Shown here: in pieces, positions 1 through 13,300 of the stretch | Position numbering within the stretch: the first letter of the stretch is position 1 | Layout: each line of letters starts with the position of its first letter | NCBI GenBank assembly: GCA_002189035.1 | Contig: CM007990.1 | Location: forward strand, 372,001 to 436,000 | Direction: 5' to 3' | From: Utricularia gibba | Lineage: Eukaryota > Plantae > Magnoliophyta | DNA: 64,000 bases | Position numbers and translations under genes: made by a program | Notes under the pieces: model-generated | The model's input: the letters and a program-made list of their open reading frames with translations, nothing else | Told to the model about the DNA's origin: nothing | The model's database searches: none

Positions 1-1
1 A

Positions 2-445
2 ACCTTCGGTCCTCGTCTCTGGCAGCTCCCAGTGCATCCTCTACCGATCACAGATACCTCTGATAGGGTGACTGTGTTTGCCTGCTCTTTGCTTCAGGGC
101 CAAGTGTTGCCATGCCTGAAAGCTGCAAGCAGGTATTTGGCTGCATCGCCGACGATGCTCCTTAAGCCAGAATCATTGTGCCAAAAACGGGTGGTGAATC
201 TGCTGCACAGGATGAAGAATTCCAAGGGTGCAGTTATAGATAGCTGTGGCAGATTGAGAGCCCTGTGGAAGGAAAACCAAAAGGCACTGTTCCTGGAAAT
301 TCAGGATTGGTTTCAAGAAGGGTTTCATGATCAGTTCCAAGGCCTCTGGGATGTGATGCTCCAGCAAATATCTATGGACCCCGAACGGAGATTCGCAAGG
401 AAGACCAAGAGGACAACACATGTACCGCATACTCACGAATTTTGA
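2..445 (+). CDS. FAS4: C-terminal end (5'-truncated by the window) of a DEAH-box RNA helicase of the DHX37/FAS4 (DEAH13) family
   Basis: Open frame from position 2 to TGA at 443-445: TFGPRLWQLPVHP...VFACSLLQGQVLPCLKAASRYLAASP...LRALWKENQKALFLEIQDWFQEGFHDQFQGLWDVML. This matches the plant DEAH13 C-terminal pattern (LLxGxVLPCLK...W..NP..L..EI..WFQ..F...LW..ML) as I recall it. The ORF-track GTG start is not the real start. Confidence 0.75.
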   Translation, partial: TFGPRLWQLPVHPLPITDTSDRVTVFACSLLQGQVLPCLKAASRYLAASPTMLLKPESLCQKRVVNLLHRMKNSKGAVIDSCGRLRALWKENQKALFLEIQDWFQEGFHDQFQGLWDVMLQQISMDPERRFARKTKRTTHVPHTHEF

Positions 446-483
446 GATAGGTTCGTTAGATATTTTTTGTTTGATATTTTGAG

Positions 484-1394
484 GATGATGAGTGCACAGG
501 GATGATTAATATTTTCGATACTGTATATTATAATACAAAGTTTGTATTCAAAATTATAAAAAATAATTAATGACAACAAAATTATGAATAATTACAAAAG
601 AATGATGATGAGTGCACGTGTTGCAGCAAGGGGGAAGGACGGCGACCCTCCGAATTGTGAGAAACACAGCTTCTCTTAGAGTGTTGATTAATATATTAGA
701 TATTGTATATTAGAATATGTAGTTTGCATTAAAAATCATAAAAAATAATTAATGACAACAAAATTATGAATAATTACAAAAGAATGATGATGAGTGCACG
801 TGTTGCAGCAAGGGGGAAGGACGGCGACCCTCCGAATTGTGAGAAACACAGCTTCTCTTAGAGTGTTGATTAATATATTAGATATTGTATATTAGAATAT
901 GTAGTTTGCATTAAAAATCATAAAAAATAATTAATGACAACAAAATTATGAATAATTACAAAAGAATGATGATGAGTGCACGTGTTGCAGCAAGGGGGAA
1001 GGACGGCGACCCTCCGAATTGTGAGAAACACAGCTTCTCTTAGAGTGTTGATTAATATATTAGATATTGTATATTAGAATATGTAGTTTGCATTAAAAAT
1101 CATAAAAAATAATTAATGACAACAAAATTATGAATAATTACAAAAGAATGATGATGAGTGCACGTGTTGCAGGGGGAAGGACGGCGGCACTCGGAATTCT
1201 GAGAAACACAGCTTCTCTTAGAGTGTTGATTAATATATTAGATATTGTATATTAGAATATATAGTTTGTATTAAAAATCATAAAAAATAATTAATGACAA
1301 CAAAATTATGAATAATTACAAAAGAATGATGATGAGTGCACGTGTAACCCCCTTGCTCAAATTCTGAGAAACACAGCTTCACTTGGAGTGTTGC
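484..1394. repeat. Tandem repeat, unit ~182 bp
   Basis: Unit start AATGATGATGAGTGCACGTG recurs at 601, 783, 965, 1147 and 1325. There are three identical 182-bp copies (601-1146) and one 178-bp variant (1147-1324). A partial copy at 1325-1394 runs into the midasin stop codon, and a deleted, diverged copy lies at 484-600. Confidence 0.97.
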
Positions 1395-4300
1395 ATGAGC
1401 TCAAACCACTGGAGATGGAATGAAACAAACACATGAGAACCAAACAACAAATGCAGCAACAATAGAATAGCAAGAACGTGCGACTCTTACTTGTCTCAGA
1501 AGGTCCGCAAGCACTCGTGGAAGTGCCTCGATGTTCTTCAACACAACATAATATGGGAATGGAAAAGTGTCGAGGTACTTAGAGATCTTGTGCTTCCCAC
1601 CCTGAATTGTAGCTTCCTGAAATACATTGAGGGAATCAGTGTAACCCCTTGCTCAAATGAAACAGCAGAAAGCCAGCCAACATACATGATTAAAGAGTGT
1701 TTTTTTAGGATACCTGAAAATCTAGGATTGACTCATTCGGCTTTGGACTGTCTAAGATAAGGAATGCAACCATGCACTGCTTGCTCAGGATGTCCCTCAC
1801 ACGACGCTTTAGTTTTTCCTGATAGGAGAACATTGATGGACGTTGCATCTCTGCGGGAAAACTTGATAAATTTTGAATGACAAGTGCGTACCTTTTCACT
1901 GAACCTGCCATCTGCGATTATCAGAACAAGTTGCTGGAGAGGATTTTCACCAGATGGTAGACGGGCTCGCATCACCGCAGCATCCAACATGTTATCCAGG
2001 TATTTCATCAGGTCAGACATTGGCTCATTTGCAATCGTGTTTTCTTGCTTGAATGTGAAACTTGATATCATCTGTAACATGTTTGGATGGATGTCAAGGC
2101 TTTGATGATCAACCTGTCATGGACTAAACTAGTGTTTCACGGAGCTATCACTAACCTTGATTCCAGCTTCAGGAGTGAATGATTGGTCAAAATCATGCAG
2201 GAGCTTGATATTCCCCTGCTGCCCAAAGCTTGCTACGGCCAGGCGTCCTACTTCTAGTTGAGACATTGCTCGACATACTGTCACCAGAGCTTGGAGGGCA
2301 AAATTCCCACAACCCCATTCAGACATGCTGCGGGAGTCATCGACGGCAATCACAACTTGGTAATCACGCTTGCTAGGCTTAGTCCTCCTCAGCCATATCT
2401 TGTCTTTTCGGTAATGGCTGGCAATGTATAGGATAACCTGTGGATGGGATGGATCATCTAATATTGAGCAAGCATTTTGGAGGGAAATAAATGTTAACTG
2501 CCACATGATTACCTTCTTCATGTTGATTCTTTTACCAGTCTTGTAATAACCTTGGAGCTTGCTAGCTACCGTGGGCTCCAACACCAGACGTAGTTGTTCC
2601 ACCAACTCGTGAGACAGTCTTGTTGTGAGCAATTCAAATCTTCTCCAATGGGCAGCAGCATCACTCACATCAGATGAGGACTCGTATCTGAGGGCATGAC
2701 CCAGCTGATCATCCTTGGACGAGAATTCCAGGCACTGGTTCGCTGCTTCGCTCATAAATGATTTCCTCATAATTACCACATTATCTGACATTTCAGTGTT
2801 ATCTTGGATGTTTTCACCATCTATTTCCATGTGCTCTGCAGAACCTTGCTCATGATCTACAATTTCTCGTTGCAGGTTGGCATCCAGCATATGGCTCAAG
2901 GGAAGATTTCTTATAGGTAAGTTTTCAGGATTCCCTTTCTCGAGCTGAACTTCATTTTCAGCTTCTGTCTGCATTTGATTCCCCAAATCCGTATCAGTTT
3001 CTCTCTCAGAAATATCACCCCTAATTTGATCAGCAGTTGCTGGTCCAAGGGCTTGAGCTGTCCCTTCTTGAAACTCAGCAGTGTAACCATACTCATCTGC
3101 AGTATCATCCACCAAACCATCTGCAATATCTTCCTTTTGAAGGTCAACGGACACTGTGACCCTTTCCTTCCACCCCTCCAAGGCATTGCCAATGTTGCGA
3201 TAAGGGTTGGGCTGTAAATTGTGAGCAAAGGACTCGGAAGAAGGCTGTGAAGATACAGGCTTCCCGACGCTCAATCTTTCACCAGAACCAGAAGCAGCAA
3301 CGGCAACTTCAGATTCTGAGGCATTAGGCTTCCCACTAGTTGGCGCAATGTCATTCTTCACATCATCAGATCCATCCAAGTTAGTTGCATCAGTGTGAAT
3401 TTCTGTGGACTGGACTCCCGCCTGGGAGGCACCGTCCTTTGAGCTAAGTACGTCATGATCTTCTTTTGGCACCTGGGAATCTCTTGTTCCTTCCAGATTT
3501 TCAGGGACAGCCTCCTCAGCATCAGCCATTTCTGTATCTTCTGCATCTTTCTCGGTGTCTGCCTCATCTGTAACTTCGTTCGCCTTTCCTTCTCCATCTT
3601 CCATCTCTGCATCCTCCAAGTCCTCCGATTCCCCATCTACTGTTGGTTCATCAGAATTCATTTCATTTTCATCAGGCTTTTGAATCTGGTCAGGGTTTAC
3701 GCCTGAAGGGTCAGCAAATGCCTCATCTTTTTCCATGGTCATATCATCTGCATCATCACCATCATGACTACCACCATCCTCATAATCTTCATCCTCATGC
3801 TCAGCAGATTCTTTTGCATCATTCAACTCCATACTGTCTTGCGTCGGAGCAGAATCGTCCTTGGCTCGCAATTCATCATCCTGGGAACCCCCATCCTTGA
3901 CTGATGGTCCATGCTCATACTTCTCTGTCATGCCACGTTCCTCCTCGTCATCATCGTGCTCGCCAACCTTCTCATCAACAACATTGCTGTCATCACCAAC
4001 AGCTCCCATGGCAGACTCAGGTTGCTCCCCATCACTCTCATCTTCATTGTCATCAGCATTTGAATCCTCGCTAACGCTAAATGCATCAGCATCGAAGTCT
4101 TGTTCCATCTCTATGCCCTTATCATTCTTACCAGTTGTATCATCTGGAGACTTGCTATCTTCGTTTGGCTGCAGCTCATGAAATCAGTCCCGGTATCCAG
4201 TATACGGTACTAATGCAAAATACACATATCTATCTTAATGGATGCATACCTTCTGTGAAGAACCAAGAAGCTGATCTTCATCACTAATTTGATCACTGAC

Positions 4301-7300
4301 ATCGGTTGCTCCTACACCCTCACCCATTCCAGTTCCACTAGCATCGTTCACTGCTTCTTTGCTATCCTCCGCATCTTCTTCGGGGGAACCGAATCCTTTG
4401 ACAAATAGTGAAGAGAAGATGTTCCCAGTGCAAAGGTGACTTCACATACCTAGAGAACCACAAAAACACAGATCATACGCTGTTCTTGCACCTACTTGAT
4501 TCTTAGCATGGATTGACGTGCAAAATAGCTCAGCTTCTACAATTGGTGGAGGTTCATTCATATATATATTGAAATTCAGATGAGCGGATCAAACTGAAAC
4601 TCACCACAGTGTGAATCCTCAAGAAATCCAGCAGCAGATTTTCCCCAAAAGCAAGAAACTTCTCTAGCATATCATACATGTTTTTCAGTTGAAAGTGAAT
4701 GGAAGAGTTTAAACTGGTATCTCCTCCTCCACAAAAGTTGAGAAGTTCTCCCTGGAGATTGCAACTCAAGTTGGAAAACTCTCAAATATCTCAAAATAAA
4801 AACCTTTCGCATATTTCATTTCTGAGTTTCAAAAATACACCAGCCAAAGACAAGTAAAAAGGTAATAAGAAAGAACTTACCAGATGCTGAACTGTCGCAA
4901 TTACGTTTTCATGGATGAGTTCCAATTGCAAATGCTCTATATGTTTTTCGAATATAGGCTTCCATTCTTTTATATTACAAGTGAAATCCTGGTTCAGATG
5001 CCCAATGCTCTCAAATCCAGTAGCAAGTCGGCTAAGTGTATCTTTGAGTGCACTATCAAAGTCAGCTTTGTATCTTGCAATAGTTTCATCATTAGCTGAC
5101 AAGCCTATTTGTTTCGAAGAAGAGTACATTTCCTTACAATGAGAGGCCTGCAATACATAATAGAGAATCAGTTGTAATAGTCAAGATTTCCTATAAAATG
5201 TTCCAACATGATACTGGAAATAGGAGCTTCTGTTTGGTTTACCTGTACAAGTAAATTATGTATACGCTCAAGAAGGATGCCTGGAATGGAATCCTGCCTA
5301 TCTTCTTTCCCGAGATATGCAGACAGGTCTTGCTCTAATGTCTTGAAAAGCTCAAAGTTCTTATCCACCAGCTGTTCCATTTCAAGGTTGACTCCATAAA
5401 GCTGCAAAAATGTGATGCCTACAGTGTCCTCTCCATTACATCCAAGAAGGTGCTTATCCATTGTATCCTGTAAAGATTTTTATTAGATCATGGAGAAGTT
5501 TGTGAATAAAAAAATTGGGTTCCAATACACTTACCTTGGATTCCTTGATGATGGGAAGAACGTTCTGAATGAGCGAGAGAAACTTTACCGCTTCACCTTT
5601 TAAAGTAGAACAGGAACTCAGATGATTTTTTTCAACGGTCTGTAGGAACCACGCTTCTTCATACAGTAAAGTGCATAAATTATCAATGAGTTGCTGCAAC
5701 AAATGCAAAAGTAAATGTCAGAACACGAATAAGAATAGCATTCTCCATCCCCTTGGTCAGGAAACAAGAGTGAAGAAAAACCTTTTGCTGCCACATGCAT
5801 TCAAAGATGGACAACTGATTCTTCATTGGAAAGCAGCCACCAGAGGTTTCTCCCATGGACAAAAATTTAGACAACGACCAAGTGCACTGGCTCAATGAAT
5901 TGAGTTTCTTGGAAAAAGCATAGATGATTGCTCTTTGCTCTTGTTGAATCTCAAACAAGTCGTCAACATAAGAACACGACCTTGCTGCCTGCAGTAGAGA
6001 GGATGAAGAGCCACATCATTACAAACATGAGATATTATCATATATGTTACTCAAGGCATACCTGTATATTACTAATGTCCTTGTGAAATTTCAGAGAAAC
6101 TCCCTCTAGATGTGTAATCATGGAGATACTCTTGAAGTAAAACTTATTTGCTAATTTCCACAAAAAATCATGAGACGAGCTCTGAATGTGACCAGGATTT
6201 ATATGACTTGAGGAATCGTCTGTGCACATCAACAAGTGCTGCACTTCATATGCCGGCTGGAGAATCCATCTTTTAGATTTTCTGAACTCTCCCTGCTACC
6301 AAGCAAAAATCAGTTAACGCTGATATAAAAATGCTCCATCCTCATTCTCGTTGAATAGCATGTGTCCCAATTTCGAAATAAAACTTGAAGGACGATAATA
6401 TTCCACTTTGTTTTATTAATCAAAATTCGAAATAGGAGATGAATATGTATGCACAAAAGCTAAGAGAATGTGGAAGTGAAAACTGGTATGCAATCACATT
6501 ACCTCCATAGCCAGTCGATGCTTGGACAACCTGCAGCGTTCAAGAAAATCGAAAAGCTCAGAAAATTGCCTTCTTTTGATAAGGTTCTTTGTCTTATCAT
6601 CCCAGAGTTTGCTAAACCCAATCATTCTGGTGCATAGCTCATCAAGTGTATGCCACACCTGCTGTCTTTCCAGAACGCATGACAGTATGCCAGTGGCATT
6701 GATTGATTTTAGTGCCTCCCCTGCAGGAGATGCATTATTAAAAAGGAACAAATGACTGAAAGATGAGGTTGAAGTCTAAGGAAGCAAACCATCCATGTTT
6801 ATTAGACTCTTCTGCCAATTGTCAAACCATGTAGGGCTACTGCAGAAGGAAAAAAAAAAAAAATCAGCACTCCACGAAAAACTTTGGACTCCAATTAAAA
6901 AATTGGAGCATACCCCTCTTTGTTGTTGAGGGCAATGTGATCAGCTACAGCTTCAAGGACTGTCTTTGTTTCAAGATCAACAAAAAAACTTTGAACTTGA
7001 GCACATTCTTCAGCCCCACTTCTTTGCATTTCTCGACCAAGATATTCCATAAGAGGTTGTTGGAGTAGGTCCTGAGATTCAGTTGTGGGAGACAATAGAA
7101 AATCAGTGTGGCCATTGAATATGGATAAATATCTCCTGAAAACTTTGAATAATATCTGACAACATTAATAAATGCGCCATAATATGCAAGCCAGCAGAAA
7201 AAGTGGCAAATTTAAATACTGAATAGAAATTATACCGTATACTTTTTCACAATTTTCCTCAATTTAAGCCGGGTATTTCTGATGCTCCCAATCATTTTTC

Positions 7301-10300
7301 CGAAGGCCTCAACTGTCAAATGTTTATTGACGTAATCCCAACGACAAAGCTTTAGAAGCTGATTCAACTCCTTCTCAATTGTTCTTCTATTCTCGCTATT
7401 ATGCTCCAGAATTCTTTGGGATGAGGAACACATAACCAAATGAGTAAAACATTACAAAAACTCCATGCCAAATGAATGCAAAGTTTCAGAAAAAAAAAGG
7501 AAAGAACACTAGCACAAACGCGACTCACTTTGGTAACAACTGAATGTAGAAGCCAGAAACATTGTATAGAATTTTTGCATTCTCCACTTTCCAGGTGGTG
7601 CTGCAAAATCAACCATGAAAATTCGCATAAAATTGTAGTAGCAGAATTGACTTTACTAACAGTCATGATGATCCTAGTTTATTAAAAAAATTCGTTTACC
7701 CCATATGATTCTTCCGCCTCAAATCAGTATTAATCTGCCCGTAGAAAGAAAATAGCAACTGAAGTTGCTTTTTAAATTCTCCAATGGCGGATGTATTGAA
7801 GAATTCTTGCAGGCTGCGGATTTATGGAAGTAAATAATTGACCTTTTGACTAAACTATATTCTCGGAAAGATATTTAAAAAGGTAAAAAGGAAGACATGC
7901 CTTTCAATCGCTAAGCTGTTGTTTTCATCAAGATCATCGGCAAGACTTCGTAGCAAAATTGAATAAAGAGGAAACCAAAGCTGCAAGTGATGTGTTCCAA
8001 CATTGTCAACAGACTCAAAATATATAGAAACTAATCAACAGAGAATCAAATTCTCCAGGACGAATGTGGCAGGTGAACTTTTACAAGGAAGAAGTACAGT
8101 TACCTTTCCAACATTTGCTTCGATCTGAGAGTCAACATCATCGAGCAGTGCTGGCCAAGAATTGAATTCCAACTGATACCATGAGCACATCAAAGCGAGA
8201 ATAGGTTGCAAATACTCTGGAAATAGAAACAAATGCGGAAGGTAGTTATTCTTGTTTGAAAAGTGGCATGGGATCATCAATGGGATCTAACTGGAGGGGG
8301 AGGGGGGATGAACTATGCGCATCAGAACATTACACTACATACCATTCACCGAAAATTTGGCAATCTCGCTTTGTGAAGCACAAATCCTACCTAGAAGAAA
8401 CTCCAGAGCAGACAACACCTTCAGAAATAGAAATGAACGAAATTCAGAGGAAAAGACTGATATATTACTCTGCATACTGCAGAGTTATTATACAGCATAT
8501 GAACACATAACATAATTAAACCAGAAACTGTAAATCTGAAAGGTTTTTACTGGACTACCAGATCCGGTATTTTACCTTGGCAGGAGGAGAATCGAGCGGA
8601 AGAGCCAAAATCATGTCAATAACTTCTAAAATCCTCTGGAGGACAGGACTTTCATGCTCTTTCAGCAAGCCAAGTATGTGCCACCTTAAGATGGTTACTG
8701 GCTCAACAACTCTAACTATGATGGGTGAGTTTGAATCCTGTAAGGATCAAGGAGTATAACCAACGATTCTGTTACCAACCATGAAGCAAAAGTGCATTAT
8801 CTTCATACCTTGTAGAAGTTGTTCGCACAGCCCACTTTATCAGAAAGAAAAAACTTCTTGCCATGCTCCAAGCATAGGCAGAGTAAGTGCTCAGGGGCAA
8901 GCATAGCATCAAAACAGGAGGCAAGAGTGCCTTTCAAATCTGATTGACGAGAATATAAATAAGATACTGAATAAGATTAACAATTTCATACTATTCTCAA
9001 GCATCCAGAAGGAAATGAATCACCTTTGATCATTCTTAACCCTGACGTATAAGATTCAATAAAGGAAGACATCATACCCATCTCAGATACTTGTGGACGA
9101 CCAGGCTGTTAAAAATATGGCCCGAGTCACAAAAGCAGGACGTAAATGGATAAAGTTAACACAGCATGGGTAGTTATCTTTAACTCCACAGTAATTCAAG
9201 GATCCATAATTAAGCACTGAAGAAAGTAGCTTACTTGTTGAACAAGGTCCACCGAGCCGAACAATTGGTTATGAATATTAACAATACCATCCAAATCAGA
9301 TTCCTTCACATCCCAGTTATGGTCCATGTCAGCAGCATTCCCATCAACACTTATCTGATGGAAACAAGGATTATAATTTACACAAGTTTTTATAAGAAAA
9401 ATGGTACATGCACGTGGAACAAAAGCATGGGATGTATTTTCCAAGAAAACTAATCCATGTGTACCTTCTCATCCAGATCTTCACAAAGAAGTTCTTGCCA
9501 CTCGGAAAAGCTATCATTTGGAAGCAGGCTTGTGCAGTTTGACAAATCAATTTCAATGATGTTCGCCATCTTAAATGCCCGGGCTCTCAATTTGAATTGT
9601 CCACATTCTTTAGTCACTGTGTTCTTCTCCCGATGCTCCATCCAAAGGCATGCTATTTCATAAAAGATCTCTGATAGAAGCTGATATAAACAAAAGTTCA
9701 AAATCAGACTTCGGATAACAAAAAACAATACTAGCACATAGATACAGGAGAATATGTACCCAGGAGCCTAACCTTGAAGGAAGCATCATTAAGGAAACGA
9801 GAAACAGTGACACCATCCTTGATTCTTCGCAGGATATTTTGGTAAATGGAAAATTTAGAAGGCAGAGGTAGAGCCTGAAACAGGAGATAACCAGGAAGCC
9901 CATCAAATTAATTCCCGTACTAAATTCTTGCTATGGAAAAAAAAAAAAGATTCCAGATTAGCCATGTACCGTCAGATTTGGAACACATTGAGGCGTTGAC
10001 ATAGCCTTTTTTGCAAAGTTAAACAGGTTTTCAAGTGCATGCACAGAAATAGCGTTCAATGGGGCTGAAAGTACTGGAAGCTCTCCAGCATGTGCGGATG
10101 TAGCTGCAGGAGATCTAGGGAATCTCATGAATTCATAAATGAAATCCTGTCAAAGAAGCCCTTGCGTCAGCTGCAAGACTATATGGGAAGAAATAAAATA
10201 TGAATGAACCATAAGCCAACCAGGAATGAACTAGTATCGTGCTTTGAATTCCCTGGATGTGGACCATGGATTTCAGAAGAGAGCATTAATGAGAGGCCCA

Positions 10301-13300
10301 ATTTAATCTCATACAGTGCAATTTGAACAGGCTCGGTTATATCCTTAAACGCTGAGTACTCATTAGATAACCGGTCAATGAAGTTCGACAAGACTACCTG
10401 AAAATGAAACTTGAAGGGTCACAATATTCATCACAGGGCTTCAGTCAAATACACAAATGCATAAACAAATAGCACAGGCTGAAAAAAAGAACTTGAAGGA
10501 ATTACCTGAAAATTCTGAACTCGTTCAGCTTTGAAGCCTTTAAAACAGTTAGTCCATTCAACGATATCACCCAAAAGTTTTTTCAAGTCCTCAAATTTTA
10601 CAGAACAAGGACGGTATACAATCTGTTGCATTCGAAAACAAAGATATTTTAGGATGAGATTCATTATCAAGCATGCCGTTTAGGACGGCATGAATATCCC
10701 CCACAAAAAAAAAAACAATGTAGATGTATGCATATGCACCTTTTTTTGCATCCTTTTTCTCTCCGCATTGAGTTCCTCAAGCAGAGTCCCTCTAAAATTA
10801 TTTTCACCACTCTCATAAGAATTTCCAGCTAAATAAATGCATTCTTCACGAACCTGCAAACAACAGAAAAATTATCAAAAGAGCCAGAAGTTAACTACTG
10901 ACCAGACGGAGTATTATCATCCCGTATAGATAATACCTCGGCCTCCAACTCAATGGATGCTATTTTCTCAGCCAACTCAGAGTACTTGAGTGAATACTTC
11001 AGACTGGGATCCAGATTAGTGGAGCGGACAAGAAGATTACAACGTAAGCCTCCAAGGCATACTAGGGCATATCCCACAGTTCTCATATCTGAAGAATGGT
11101 TATCATGCAAATAAAAAAAAATCCTTATGTATTGGATTTAGATCTACATTTTAAATCCAAGTGATAGCATAACAAACCATTAGTTGGGATCACGGAATAA
11201 AGTCCTCGGACCATTGGCTCAACATAGCAGTCAATAAGGGAAGTGAACACATCTGACGACTTTAACAGAGAAATTAGAGTTTCCATATGTTCCTGCACAG
11301 AGTAATAAATAATTTTCAGTGAATAAAATCCAAAGTGCATTTTAACCATATATATACTTCATGGATAATTTCTTGAATACATACCGTGCTTTTATGTTCC
11401 TGGATTGAATGAAATGCAGATCTGATTTTGGTGTATCCAGAATAATTGAATGACTTCTTATGTGCGTAAATAATCTAGAAGCAAGAGAACGGAGAAGGAA
11501 ATTCCAAGTAAAATCTCAGTGCTGGCAATAACAGAATTGAACATCTTTTTCTTGAAAATACCTGCTGGAACAGACAGCGCACAACAGATAAAAGCATGGA
11601 ACCAATATTCTTAATATAGGCTGAACTTTGCCATAGATTATGTGATGCAGCTCTAAAAGTCATGCCGTGCATGTGGTATTCTGTAACAGGAACAACATTT
11701 TCCCTGTGTGCAAAAAAAAAAAAAGAAGCATTAGGAAGTCTAGGATAATGTAATCTACGTGCATCCTTCCCTAATAAACGCTAATAATCTATCATGGCCC
11801 AAGAATTACGCAGAGCAATGAAACAAAATGTGGAACTTACAGGATATTGTCAACAATTGATGATTTCAGAGGCCGAAAAAGCTTGCATGGTAAAGTTGCA
11901 CAATAATCACTCTCCTGGGTTAAGCTCTGCATGATAAATGCACATTGTCAAACACTAATAATGGCATACAATATGTGGCCAACAGCGTGAGATTTTCCAA
12001 ATTGGAAAGTACCTCTTCAACTAGAGGGCAGCCTTCCCAAAGACTTGTATGCCACCTGAGCCACAGCTGGAGAGTACAGCCAGAAATTTCTCTATCGACT
12101 GCATAAAATCAATAAATAAATTAAGAAAAAAATAGGAAACAAGCATGGCAAATTCATGTAAGTTAATAGACCTCCGGTGAGCAAATGCCATGCATCCATA
12201 GTCCACAAAATATTCTGGAGTGGTAAGAGCTCAATAGGGGATCTTGACGAGTGACTGAGGGAGAAATTCAAAGATGATCTCAACGGACCTGACAACTTCA
12301 GCAAAACCTGTAACATTGGTAAACAAAAAAATAACTCAACAGGAGAATTTGTGGATTCCAAAATGCTATTATTGTTGAATTTCAAAACAAACATGCGTAC
12401 ATCATATTGCTTTTCAGTTTCCACCACAGATATCCTAGTCAGATCCTGGAGCAGCTCCAAATCAAAGACAAGGCTTGTCTCATCGAGCATAGGTTGAATG
12501 CTCAGCCAACGGATGAACCCAGAACTTCTAGACAAAGAAATAGGTGTAAAGACACAACAACCAGGAGAGCCTTTAGGAAGGGGTGAATCTGTATCAGCTT
12601 GCGATTCCATCACCAACTTCTGCTTTTCAATGTCCAATCTCTGGACAAGCATCTGACAAGTCGAGGACACACAGATGATTAAGTGAAAACAATGCAAATC
12701 CATGAAACACAGGAGTACCTGATAGATGTCTTCCAACTGGTGAACGATCTCAATCTCACTATAATTATTTTTACCAATAACAGATGATGCCATGCCTAGT
12801 CCTTGGATGAAAAAGAATTCAATCAGAATAGAATGCATATAAAATAAAAAATGCATTTATCATCTGTCCAACAAAGCATGAAGCAATCTGAACACTATAA
12901 AGGGTCACAAAGAGAAAACCTTCTCTCTAAAAAAAGGCAAGGATACAATTGCTGCCCCAGATAAGTGAGTTCTAACAATTTGCAATCTTGTTTCATTTTA
13001 GAGAAAAGTTGATTAAACCTTGAGGTAAATTCCTAATGAACAGTAGTAGCAGATGATGAGTAGTCATTGCAGGTGGCAAATTTTGTACAATTTCATGGAT
13101 ATTTTAAAGAAGATAAAATAAATGATCTTATTGCAAGTTTTGTCGCTATCACAACTTGGATGCAGCCGCTATTGAAACCTTCCAACAAACAAAAAAAATA
13201 AGTGCAGATGAATCCTGCGCTCTGTACCTTGCATTGCAAGAATACGAAGCTCAACATTGGCAACCATTGCAACATCCACTGCGCCATCCTTCAATTTGTG

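Noticed and set aside
484-1394. Repeat array as a CRISPR array or centromeric satellite
   Set aside because: No unique spacers and no cas genes in a eukaryotic context. Only about five copies, derived from the adjacent gene's 3' end.
8283-8300. G-quadruplex in an MDN1 intron
   Set aside because: Only two long G-runs, not four; no other support.
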